From Promethearchaeati archaeon (GTDB taxonomy: Archaea > Asgardarchaeota > Heimdallarchaeia > JABLTI01), in contig JABLTI010000010.1 of NCBI GenBank assembly GCA_013166835.1, forward strand, positions 1-49,540: DNA of 49,540 bases, given 5' to 3'. The notes under the pieces are model-generated. The model saw only the letters and a program-made list of their open reading frames with translations. It did no database searches and was not told the origin of the DNA. The position numbers were made by a program, and so were the translations under genes. How positions within the stretch are numbered: position 1 is the stretch's first letter; the number at the start of each line of letters is the position of its first letter. This document shows positions 18,878-27,143 of this stretch, piece after piece.

Positions 18878-19852
18878 TTGTTGGGTGCTGAAACAGAGAT
18901 GTCCGATGTAGAGTTTGCAATTGTTATTGAGAATTTAGTGAAGAAATATGATGACTTGATTGCTGTTAATGATGTTTCTTTTAAAATTAAAATGGGAGAA
19001 ATTTTTGCTTTCTTAGGACCTAATGGTGCGGGGAAAACTACGACTGTAGAAATCCTAGAAGGGATAAGGAAGAAAACAAGTGGGAAAGCATATGTTCTTG
19101 GCAAAGATATTGATAAGCGGAAGGAAATGGATAGTCTTAGAAAAATAATTGGTACACTACCTCAAGAATTTAGCACTCATGATAATCTAACTGTGACAGA
19201 AAATCTGAAATTTTGGAGTCGAATGTATCCAAAAAATTTACCGATTGAACAGCTTATAGCTCTTGTAAAATTAGAAGATAAAGCAAAAACTAGATGTAAA
19301 AATCTCTCCGGGGGATTAAAAAGACGTTTGGGAATAGCAATTTCCTTAGTTAATGATCCTGTTCTGGTCTTTTTAGATGAACCAACCACAGGTCTTGATC
19401 CTCGCGCTAGACGAGAAACCTGGGAAGTTATTGAGGATTTAAAGAAGCAAGGTAAAACAGTCTTTCTTACGACCCATTATATGGAAGAAGCACATGTATT
19501 GGCTGATACTGTAGCAATCATACACAAAGGAAAGATTATGGATATTGGCACTCCAACACAATTAATAGATAGACATGGTGGAGAAAACAAAATTGTTGTT
19601 CGTTGTAATGATCAGGAGACTCGAGACAAAATCCATGATTTATTGTTTACTTATGGTCCATTAGAGAATGAAGATGGAGATATTGTAATTTCTGCTAAAA
19701 AAGGCATCTTATCAAAGGTTGTTGACCTTCTAGATGAAAACAAAGTGAATTATACTGATATAGTTACACAGAGACCAACTTTAGAAGATGTGTTTCTTAG
19801 CCTCACTGGTGAGGTTCTTGTTGTAGACGAAAAAATTAGTGAGAATGCCTAA
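18878..19852 (+). CDS. ABC-2 type exporter ATP-binding subunit
   Basis: Walker A GPNGAGKTT, signature LSGG, Walker B VFLDEPTTGLD, H-loop TTHYMEEA; the likely start is ATG 18899. Confidence 0.95.
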   Translation: MLGAETEMSDVEFAIVIENLVKKYDDLIAVNDVSFKIKMGEIFAFLGPNGAGKTTTVEILEGIRKKTSGKAYVLGKDIDKRKEMDSLRKIIGTLPQEFSTHDNLTVTENLKFWSRMYPKNLPIEQLIALVKLEDKAKTRCKNLSGGLKRRLGIAISLVNDPVLVFLDEPTTGLDPRARRETWEVIEDLKKQGKTVFLTTHYMEEAHVLADTVAIIHKGKIMDIGTPTQLIDRHGGENKIVVRCNDQETRDKIHDLLFTYGPLENEDGDIVISAKKGILSKVVDLLDENKVNYTDIVTQRPTLEDVFLSLTGEVLVVDEKISENA

Positions 19853-19864
19853 GGAGAATAAGAA

Positions 19865-21070
19865 ATGAGTGAAGAAACATTTGGTAAAAGAATTATTCTA
19901 AGCACTCGTCGAATATGGGGTATTCTATCAACTACGGCTATGGATTGGACAAGATCTGGCCCTGCACTCTTTTTCACTTTCATTTATCCGATTGTTATGA
20001 TTCTATTATTTGGATACATCTTCGGTGCTGGAACTGATGATAGTTTGTATGCTTTGAATTATCTAAATGATGATGTCTACCAAATTGGCGATCAAGTTTA
20101 TTCACACAATCCTGCGAGTGTATTACTTGAGAATCTGGGATTAGATAATGAGACGTTAGGCAATGCGCTTAATCTTAGACTGGTAGAAGCTGAGTTTAAC
20201 AGTACAACACTCCCATCAGAGTGGATGAAATCAAATGATATCCCATATTTATTCTTTATACCATCTGGTTGGTCTGCAGCAGTCAACGAATCAAAAATTA
20301 ATGCGACAGCACTTGCAGCTAACATTGAATACTATTATGATCCTTCCCATGTAAGCTCATTTGAAGTGCAAAGCATACTTGGAAATGTTCTTCAAGAAAT
20401 GAATTTGCAAGAATTTGGCATACCAACTATGCTAGGTGTGGAAGTAACAACAACTCCAGAAAGAGAAGGCTTGGATTACATTGATTTTTATGTACCTGGA
20501 ATCATAATGGTTACTATTTCAACCTCAGGAATGATGGGATTAGTAAGCATATCAACTTCTGAAAGGTTATCTGGTTATACGTTTAAGTTGGCAGCTTCCC
20601 CAATTAAAAAATGGGAATGGGCAACAGGTCACTTGTTATGGCAAGCAATAATGGGAATTATTGTAGCTATTCTAACAGTTCTAACAGGTTGGATTGCTTT
20701 TGACTTCAATATGAAAACAATTCATCCTCTGATGATCCCAATATTGATTTTTGGTTCAATGACTTTTGGTGGTATTGCTTTAATTATAGCTCGGTTTGTA
20801 AAACGACCAGAAGCAGCAATGGCAGCCACTATGTCATACGTCTTTCCACAGATGTTTCTTTCAGGAGCAATATTTCCATTAGAATCTTTACCAAAGTATA
20901 TGCAGATAATTGCACAGACATTCCCATTGTATTATATTAGTGAAGCTTTAAGATCAACAATGCTTGAGTCAACCTTCAATAACGTCTGGTTGCCTTTTGG
21001 AATAACAATTGCTATGGGCGTTGTTTTCTTTGTAGTTGGTTCTATCATTACAGTTTGGAGAAAAGATTGA
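19865..21070 (+). CDS. ABC-2 type exporter permease
   Basis: N-terminal TM, large external loop, 'YIDFYVPGII', 'FLSGAIFPLESLP', 'PLYYISEALR'. Confidence 0.92.
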   Translation: MSEETFGKRIILSTRRIWGILSTTAMDWTRSGPALFFTFIYPIVMILLFGYIFGAGTDDSLYALNYLNDDVYQIGDQVYSHNPASVLLENLGLDNETLGNALNLRLVEAEFNSTTLPSEWMKSNDIPYLFFIPSGWSAAVNESKINATALAANIEYYYDPSHVSSFEVQSILGNVLQEMNLQEFGIPTMLGVEVTTTPEREGLDYIDFYVPGIIMVTISTSGMMGLVSISTSERLSGYTFKLAASPIKKWEWATGHLLWQAIMGIIVAILTVLTGWIAFDFNMKTIHPLMIPILIFGSMTFGGIALIIARFVKRPEAAMAATMSYVFPQMFLSGAIFPLESLPKYMQIIAQTFPLYYISEALRSTMLESTFNNVWLPFGITIAMGVVFFVVGSIITVWRKD

Positions 21071-21082
21071 GGAGGAAGACTT

Positions 21083-22327
21083 ATGGAAGAACCAAAGAAA
21101 AAACCACGAAAACAAAATGCTATTGCTCTAGAAATACGCTTATCATTTCGACGAATAGGAGCATATATTTCAGCAGCTTTAAGAGATTTTAGCAGATCAC
21201 CTTTAACAATATTCTTTACAGTTGCTTACCCACTCATTCTAATTTTGTTATTTGGAGCGATTTTTGGTGATGAAGGTGTTGTGGGAGCATCCTACAATCT
21301 TTATCTTCAAAGCGGAACTGATGAGGGATTTCAAATTTCTCCAACTGAACATCTAAATTTTACAGATGATTTCACTAATATTATCCAAGAAATAAAGAGA
21401 AATGACAGTGAGCTTCTCTTTCAAGTTCACAATATTCCACTTAAGGATGAAAATAGCAATACGATTAACGCGGGTCAATATCTTGAAGAAGTTGAAGGAT
21501 ATATTGCGTTAGTTATTCCAAGTAATTTTACTCAAGAATTATTGTTTAATCCTCCTACTAATTTAACAATAATAATTGATGAAAACTCACAACAAGCCGG
21601 CATAGCTTATGAGATTCTTAGTAGTGTTGTCTATCATTTCAATTTAGGAATTGCAGGTTATAATGAAACTAAGATTGGCATGAGTATAACAGATATTTAT
21701 TTGGAAGAACAAATTGAATACTTCGAATTCTTGATACCTGGTGTAATTGGGATAGCTATAATGAATAATGGAATAATGGGTACAATTAATCGTTATTCAT
21801 ATTTTGAACGGAAAGGATTCTTTAGAAAATTATCAACATCACCCATGAAAAAGAGAGATGTTGTTATTGGCGAAGCAAGTTGGATTTTCATTCAAGGATT
21901 AATTTCAATTATAATTATCTTACTTGTCGGTTGGCTTGCTTTCAAAATTGCTGATCGGGATTTCAGGTGGATTATTGATATTCTAGATTGGAAGATACTT
22001 CCAATAACCTTGTCTGCAGTTTTGAATTTTACTGGTTTAGGAATGATTGGAGCCAGACTAACTAAAACTGCTGGTGCAGCATCTGCAGCTGGGAACTTCC
22101 TTTCAATTCCAATGATGTTTCTCAGTGGGGCATTTTTCGAAGTAGCTCATATACCAGTAATTAATGTTATATCCAAAATGCTACCTCTAACCTATATTGT
22201 AGATGCATTACGTGCTTCATTGATTACAAACAATATCAATTTAGCTTGGATTAATATCGGAATTAGCTTTGCATTTGGTATTGTAATCTTCATTATAGGC
22301 ATCTTTGTTACGAAATTAAAAGAATAA
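21083..22327 (+). CDS. ABC-2 type exporter permease (second)
   Basis: 'YFEFLIPGVIG', 'MFLSGAFF', 'LPLTYIVDALR'. Confidence 0.92.
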   Translation: MEEPKKKPRKQNAIALEIRLSFRRIGAYISAALRDFSRSPLTIFFTVAYPLILILLFGAIFGDEGVVGASYNLYLQSGTDEGFQISPTEHLNFTDDFTNIIQEIKRNDSELLFQVHNIPLKDENSNTINAGQYLEEVEGYIALVIPSNFTQELLFNPPTNLTIIIDENSQQAGIAYEILSSVVYHFNLGIAGYNETKIGMSITDIYLEEQIEYFEFLIPGVIGIAIMNNGIMGTINRYSYFERKGFFRKLSTSPMKKRDVVIGEASWIFIQGLISIIIILLVGWLAFKIADRDFRWIIDILDWKILPITLSAVLNFTGLGMIGARLTKTAGAASAAGNFLSIPMMFLSGAFFEVAHIPVINVISKMLPLTYIVDALRASLITNNINLAWINIGISFAFGIVIFIIGIFVTKLKE

Positions 22328-22339
22328 TTAATAATTCAC

Positions 22340-22386
22340 GAATATTAGGTAATTATATTAATTATTTAATATTCATCTAATTTTTT
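22340..22386 (+). terminator. 16-bp AT-rich hairpin after the ABC operon
   Basis: GAATATTAGGTAATTA-TAT-TAATTATTTAATATTC (two G-U pairs), with a T-run shortly after. Confidence 0.5.
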
Positions 22387-22479
22387 AACAATTCATCTAA
22401 TAAGCTGGTAGTTTTCTCTAGATAAAAATCCCTTAGGATTCACGGTTTTTTTCAGCTAAACTTGCCTAAAGAACGCGAC

Positions 22480-22488
22480 TTTTATATT
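22480..22488 (+). promoter_or_regulatory. TATA-like box for the longin-GTPase-7TM cluster
   Basis: TTTTATATT about 55 nt upstream of ATG 22541. Confidence 0.4.
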
Positions 22489-22540
22489 ACGAAAGTAAGA
22501 ACATATTGAAATCGATTTTTATCAATGGTGGTAGGAAAAA

Positions 22541-23035
22541 ATGAAGCCGGTAAGTTTATGCTTAGTTCAAATGGGTGACAAGGGTCTTGAGTTAGTCAAG
22601 GCACATCCCAATGTATTACCAAAACAAGTTCTCAATGAAATCACTTACAAATCGATGCCAATGGGCGCTAAACCAGGCGAGTTCTCTTCTGCAACAGTAG
22701 GCGACCTATATTACTCAAGTTATGTTTTCTCTTTACCAAGAGAAGACTCTCGAGATAATATTGCAGCCATAATTGCAGTTTTTAATAACATGAAATACAA
22801 CATCGAAGGAATTCGCAAAGTATTTTCATTCATCATTAAAGAACTCGACACTAATAAACTCTTGAAAACTGATATTGTTGAAGAAATTATGCCAAACCTG
22901 TACAAAGGATTCGATAGTGGGCATATTAAAATCAAAATCAGTTCAATTGCAACTATAGACATTGACTTTGCAGAAAAAGAAGAACCAGAAGAAAAAGATT
23001 GTACAAATGATCTTGAAGACGATCTTTGGCGATAA
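22541..23035 (+). CDS. uDENN/AVL9-like longin-domain protein (putative small-GTPase regulator)
   Basis: Pattern 'SLCLVQMGDKGLELVKAHP..LNEITYKSMPMGAKPGEF..YYSSYVFSLP..RDNIAAIIAVF' follows the uDENN layout (beta-G-beta-P, helix ending in xxPxG, three strands, helix); recognised by eye. Confidence 0.5.
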   Translation: MKPVSLCLVQMGDKGLELVKAHPNVLPKQVLNEITYKSMPMGAKPGEFSSATVGDLYYSSYVFSLPREDSRDNIAAIIAVFNNMKYNIEGIRKVFSFIIKELDTNKLLKTDIVEEIMPNLYKGFDSGHIKIKISSIATIDIDFAEKEEPEEKDCTNDLEDDLWR

Positions 23036-23053
23036 CACAGGAGAATAATTAAC

Positions 23054-23590
23054 TTGTCATTCCTAAGAAATCTATTTAGACGACGAATGAGAGAAATTGA
23101 CATTACTGTTTGTGGTCTAGCAAATGCAGGTAAAACGACAATTGTAAAGTATTTAGAAACTGGTAGATTCGTAGAGACACAACCAACTATGGGAATCAAT
23201 CGTGGAGAGACGATCCAATTCGAAAAACTTGAAATTAATATCTTTGATTTGGGTGGACAGGAAGATTTTCAGGTTTTATGGCCTGAAGTAAATGAGAAAT
23301 CGGATGGAGTTGTTTTTGTTGTAGATAAAAATGATATTATGAATTTTAACACTGCAAAAGAGACATTTCATAATATTATTGACACTCAAATTAACAAAGA
23401 TGTAGTGGTTCTAATACTATTACATAAATGCGATGTTCTGAACGGAATGGAACGAAATCGCTTCATCAAAGAATTTGGCTTATTAGAATTGCCTTACAAA
23501 TGGGCTTGTTATGAGACATCTGCTAAAACTGGCGAAAATATCTTCGAAAGTTTCAGATGGTTTTTTGAACAATTAAAGGAAGAGGTGTAA
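23054..23590 (+). CDS. Arf-family (Arf/Sar-like) small GTPase
   Basis: TTG start after AGGAG; amphipathic N-helix MSFLRNLFRR; G1 GLANAGKT, G2 PTMG, G3 FDLGGQ, switch-II Trp (LW), G4 HKCD, G5 SAK. Confidence 0.92.
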   Translation: MSFLRNLFRRRMREIDITVCGLANAGKTTIVKYLETGRFVETQPTMGINRGETIQFEKLEINIFDLGGQEDFQVLWPEVNEKSDGVVFVVDKNDIMNFNTAKETFHNIIDTQINKDVVVLILLHKCDVLNGMERNRFIKEFGLLELPYKWACYETSAKTGENIFESFRWFFEQLKEEV

Positions 23591-23594
23591 AAAA

Positions 23595-24437
23595 ATGGTA
23601 GCACTAATACAACCCGGATTAACTTGGACCTATATAGTATTTTCATGGTTAACAACAGGTCTTACTATGGGACTTGTTATAGCATTATTCAATAACTTCT
23701 TACGTAAGAAAACAACTGGAACGCTAATTCTTTTTACAGCGTATTTCATCATAGGTGCAGCTGCAATTTTAGGTGCACTTGTTTATACATTACAAGCAGC
23801 TGATTTAAATGAGATTGTACCAAGATCATTGCAAACTATTACAACCTTAGCACCGCAAATAGGATTAGTTTTGATCTATATTTTTTCATGTAGACATATC
23901 TTAAAAGATAATGAAGTTGTTAAAGCACTAACCATTATGATCGTTTCATTCATCCTAGGCCTTGTTTTCAATATATACCTCTTTGGAATTCTTGAGATTA
24001 CAAGTCCTATAAATTCTGATTTCCTTTGGGCAATCTCAACAAATAATCCAACTGCAGATCTTGAAAACATCTCAGTAAGTATTTTAGCTGTCTTCTTAGT
24101 TGTAATACAAATTTACATAAATGCCCGAATTTTCATTAGAGCCTTTGTTTTATCAAGAAGAACTGACAAAGAAATCCGAAAAAGAGGTTTGCTTTTGATT
24201 GCCTGGGGTCTAGTTATATACTTACTAGGTGGATTAGTTATTTCATTAGAAATTGCTGTTCCTTGGGCGAATGCCGCGATTCCTTTAGTTTTCTGGATGC
24301 TCAGAAAAATAATGTTTCTTACATCATATGTACTCCTTTACCTTGGCTGGATTATGCCTGATTGGTTTAGACGGCGCATACGTGGTAAAACTTGGTTTGA
24401 AATGCGATACAAAGAAATTAGCAGATTTGTACAATAA
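23595..24437 (+). CDS. Seven-transmembrane protein with basic cytoplasmic loops and a helix-8-like tail
   Basis: Seven hydrophobic segments; basic loops RKKT, RHILK, SRRTDKEIRKRG; tail 'MPDWFRRRIRG'. Confidence 0.8.
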   Translation: MVALIQPGLTWTYIVFSWLTTGLTMGLVIALFNNFLRKKTTGTLILFTAYFIIGAAAILGALVYTLQAADLNEIVPRSLQTITTLAPQIGLVLIYIFSCRHILKDNEVVKALTIMIVSFILGLVFNIYLFGILEITSPINSDFLWAISTNNPTADLENISVSILAVFLVVIQIYINARIFIRAFVLSRRTDKEIRKRGLLLIAWGLVIYLLGGLVISLEIAVPWANAAIPLVFWMLRKIMFLTSYVLLYLGWIMPDWFRRRIRGKTWFEMRYKEISRFVQ

Positions 24438-24442
24438 AAAAT

Positions 24443-24497
24443 AGAATTCTCAGTTCTTTTTTAATCTGAGAATCTCTAGAATTTTTTTTTCTTTTCT
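24443..24497 (+). terminator. Hairpin plus T-tract after the 7TM gene
   Basis: ATTCTCAG..CTGAGAAT stem followed by TTTTTTTTTCTTTTCT. Confidence 0.6.
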
Positions 24498-24743
24498 AAT
24501 AATCAAAATTTTTTCTTGTCTTGTACTCTGCATGTAAAAGTAATTAGCTTTTTATATTTTAATTTTCAACTTTGTTACGATGACTTTATATAGGAAATTG
24601 TCTGATACCTTTTCGCTCGGAAATTAACTCTTTTGAGCAGTTTTGAGTGTTGACCTAGAACTCGGTTTTTGAGTTTCAAGTATAAAAAATGAATTTGAAT
24701 TTAAGCAACCAGCAAACGGTTGTGAGATAATATGGTGATTGAA

Positions 24744-24836
24744 GTGAATAAACGAAAAGTCAATCTAAAATTTGAAGTAAAAAAAGTGCTTGAACGACCG
24801 GGAATGGAAATTCCATCAAGAATGAACTTAAAATAA
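24744..24836 (+). CDS. Small basic peptide A, MNKRKVNLKFEVKKVLERPGMEIPSRMNLK (30 aa; alternative ATG at 24732)
   Basis: Translated by hand; GGTGA RBS just before GTG 24744; similar to the next ORF. Confidence 0.5.
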   Translation: MNKRKVNLKFEVKKVLERPGMEIPSRMNLK

Positions 24837-24859
24837 GAAAATAAAACGGAGCTAATAAA

Positions 24860-24964
24860 ATGAATCAAAGAAAAAATTTAGTTAAAAAGAATATTCGCAG
24901 AGAGATTGAGAAAGCGCAAATAGAAGGTGCTCTAATCAATTATAGATTTAACATTAATAGATAA
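24860..24964 (+). CDS. Small basic peptide B, MNQRKNLVKKNIRREIEKAQIEGALINYRFNINR (34 aa)
   Basis: Translated by hand; GGAG RBS about 8 nt before the ATG; similar to peptide A. Confidence 0.55.
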   Translation: MNQRKNLVKKNIRREIEKAQIEGALINYRFNINR

Positions 24965-25153
24965 AACAGCTTTAAACAGCTCAAAACTTTGTTATGATTA
25001 ATGAAAAATTGATCATCAATCACCGCTGTAAATGCTTCGGCTCGAGTAAGAATGCTGATGGCTATTAAGGAATCATCAGAGATCAAGATATGGTGCCTGC
25101 TCTGCAGGTATCAAAACTTGATAATAAAAAAAAAGAGTGTTAATGGTTACCCA

Positions 25154-26452
25154 TTAACGATAAACTTCTACTTCTCTTATTGGAAAGCCTTCAGCTTCTA
25201 ATCTTCCTATTCTAGTCAATTCAGATAGGATACTAATTGCATTTATAGCTACGGTGACATAGATGATTATTTGTAGTACGAGGAATGTTGTATCTTGAGT
25301 CCACCACCACCAATCAACATTGTTGACTAGCCAATTGATTAATTTCAATACTTCTTGATGGAATCCATCGTATTCAAAGATTGTTCGTATTAATGAAAGC
25401 CACAATGGGATGTAGGCTGCTTTTGGAAGAACGCTGAGAAACATTAAACCTTGCTGTAGTCGTAAGAGTCTACCAACTAATGCTTGTAGGAATCTGATTA
25501 TTCCTATTGCTAGTGAGATTCCACCAAGAATTACTAACCAATATCTTAGTGGTGAGGTACCCATGAAATCAAACAATGGTAGGAAAGGTAACACTACAAG
25601 AGCAGTTCCAAAAACCATTCCAGTAATGCCTTCAGACAAGTAATTTCGTCCTAAATCACGTTTGTATTTCACAACTCTTTCAGGTCTTGTTTGTCTTTCT
25701 TCTTTGATTACTCTTGGTTCTTTGATTATGATCGTTTCTTTAACAATCTGTGGTTTTTCAGTTTTTACTACAACCATGGGAGCAGCTATAGGTAATATTG
25801 TTTCAGTTGAAGTTGGTTCTGAGACGGTTTTAACCGCAGCATCTGGTTTTATTTGAGTTGCGTCTATTGTTTCCTTTGGTCTGGTTTCAAAAAACCTTCG
25901 GACTGTTGATGGTAATCTTGATGTAAATCGACTAAAGTCATCTGGGAGATATCCTTCCTTTGACAAGTAAACGAATTGTAAAGTAATGAGAATCAAAGCA
26001 ATTGCAAAACTAACTGCGATTCCTTGAAAGAAGCCACCAAAAACTTCTCGAGCGGTTGTAGCTCCAATAATACTAAATAACATACCTATAAAATTAAAAC
26101 CTACTAATACAGCACCTACAATAATTAGGATCTTAGTATATAATGGGAATAACTCTTCAGTAATGAAGTATTTTGGTTTTCCACGTCGTTTGTATTCACC
26201 TGCAATCTTGCCGGGTGAACCCATTTGTTCTATTACTAATTCTATTTGTTCTTCTGAAGGTTCTCCACCTTCGGCTAGTTCTGTTGCACGGTCCCAAATA
26301 TGAGTCTCTAATTCCTCTAAAATATCAGCAATATTATCTTTTTCATCTTTTAACCAAAACGGTAATTTCCTTTCAACTTCATCAAGAAAAGTCTTAATCA
26401 ATTCTTGGCGTCTATCAGAATCATTATCGTAATTGTTATTTTCGTTACTCAT
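25154..26452 (-). CDS. HAAS-domain membrane protein (PadR-associated)
   Basis: N-terminal 'FLDEVERKLP..DILEELETHIWD..VIEQMGSPGKIAGEY' HAAS pattern; 2 TMs, a P/T/E-rich cytoplasmic linker, then about 4 TMs. Confidence 0.8.
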   Translation of the reverse strand: MSNENNNYDNDSDRRQELIKTFLDEVERKLPFWLKDEKDNIADILEELETHIWDRATELAEGGEPSEEQIELVIEQMGSPGKIAGEYKRRGKPKYFITEELFPLYTKILIIVGAVLVGFNFIGMLFSIIGATTAREVFGGFFQGIAVSFAIALILITLQFVYLSKEGYLPDDFSRFTSRLPSTVRRFFETRPKETIDATQIKPDAAVKTVSEPTSTETILPIAAPMVVVKTEKPQIVKETIIIKEPRVIKEERQTRPERVVKYKRDLGRNYLSEGITGMVFGTALVVLPFLPLFDFMGTSPLRYWLVILGGISLAIGIIRFLQALVGRLLRLQQGLMFLSVLPKAAYIPLWLSLIRTIFEYDGFHQEVLKLINWLVNNVDWWWWTQDTTFLVLQIIIYVTVAINAISILSELTRIGRLEAEGFPIREVEVYR

Positions 26453-26455
26453 TTT

Positions 26456-26986
26456 TTACTCACCTTGTGCTTTTATTTCTTCAATATATAACCCACATAC
26501 TTCACAGAATTTTGCGAAATCATCAAGCTTGATCTTGTTTGCACAATTTGGACAATACATGAACCTATCTTCAGGTAACACGATCTGGTAGTCCATTAAG
26601 GGGGACATCGCTTCTAATAATTTAGCGAAAAAACCAGACATATGATTTAGCAATTTTATTCCTTCCTCTGTGAGAATATAGTATTTTCTTGGGCGACCAC
26701 CGAGCTCCTTTTTATCTGAGGATAGCACTCCATCTTTCTCCATTTTTCTTAATAATGGATACAATGTTCCTTCTTCAATTATCATGACATTTTGTGTTTC
26801 TTCTTCTAGTTCCTTTAAAAGTTGGTATCCGTAGATTCCATCTCTTGGATAACGTTTGATTATTTGTAACACCGCTACTGTTGAAATCCCACGTAGAAGC
26901 TCTGACTCAAAGCTTTCCACATAGGTTCTGAAGTGATCAGTTCCGATGAGTGCTTCCGGATGAAATGTTTTTACTTTTTTTAACAC
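26456..26986 (-). CDS. PadR family transcriptional regulator with C-terminal double zinc ribbon
   Basis: 'YGYQLLKEL', 'EGTLYPLLRKMEKDG', 'RPRKYYILTEEG'; CPNC..CEVCG. Confidence 0.92.
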   Translation of the reverse strand: MLKKVKTFHPEALIGTDHFRTYVESFESELLRGISTVAVLQIIKRYPRDGIYGYQLLKELEEETQNVMIIEEGTLYPLLRKMEKDGVLSSDKKELGGRPRKYYILTEEGIKLLNHMSGFFAKLLEAMSPLMDYQIVLPEDRFMYCPNCANKIKLDDFAKFCEVCGLYIEEIKAQGE

Positions 26987-27015
26987 TCGTTATCACCATT
27001 TTTTGTGTTTTTTTG

Positions 27016-27048
27016 TAGTATTCTCGGAACACTATCCGAGTAATACTA
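27016..27048. promoter_or_regulatory. Inverted repeat in the padR leader; probable operator or leader hairpin
   Basis: TAGTATTCTCGGA-ACACTA-TCCGAGTAATACTA, lying between a minus-strand TTTATATA box (~27070-27077) and the padR start. Confidence 0.6.
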
Positions 27049-27143
27049 TAATACACATAGTATATCTCATATATAAAGCTAGCTTTTAGCACGGAAAAAG
27101 CATACGAGAAAAGTTTTAATGAAAAAACTAAGCAAGAAATAGT

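Larger units (their letters stand above)
24631..24986. repeat. Imperfect long-range inverted repeat flanking the two peptides
   Basis: TTTTGAGCAGTTTTGAGTGTT (24631-24651) versus AAAACAGCTTTAAACAGCTCAAAA (24963-24986). Confidence 0.5.

Noticed and set aside
22720-23199. 159-aa antisense ORF and other shadow ORFs in the track (e.g. 43078-43515, 45803-46159, 48133-48456)
   Set aside because: They overlap well-supported genes on the opposite strand or frame and have no recognisable motifs.
23595-24437. 7TM protein as a microbial rhodopsin (Lys in 'WMLRKIMF')
   Set aside because: No DxxxK/SxxxK context, the Lys lies near the start of TM7, and there is no RYxDW-like motif in TM3.
24631-24986. Autonomous IS element
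   Set aside because: No transposase, imperfect ends and no evident target-site duplication; kept only as an RNA-structure or MITE possibility.
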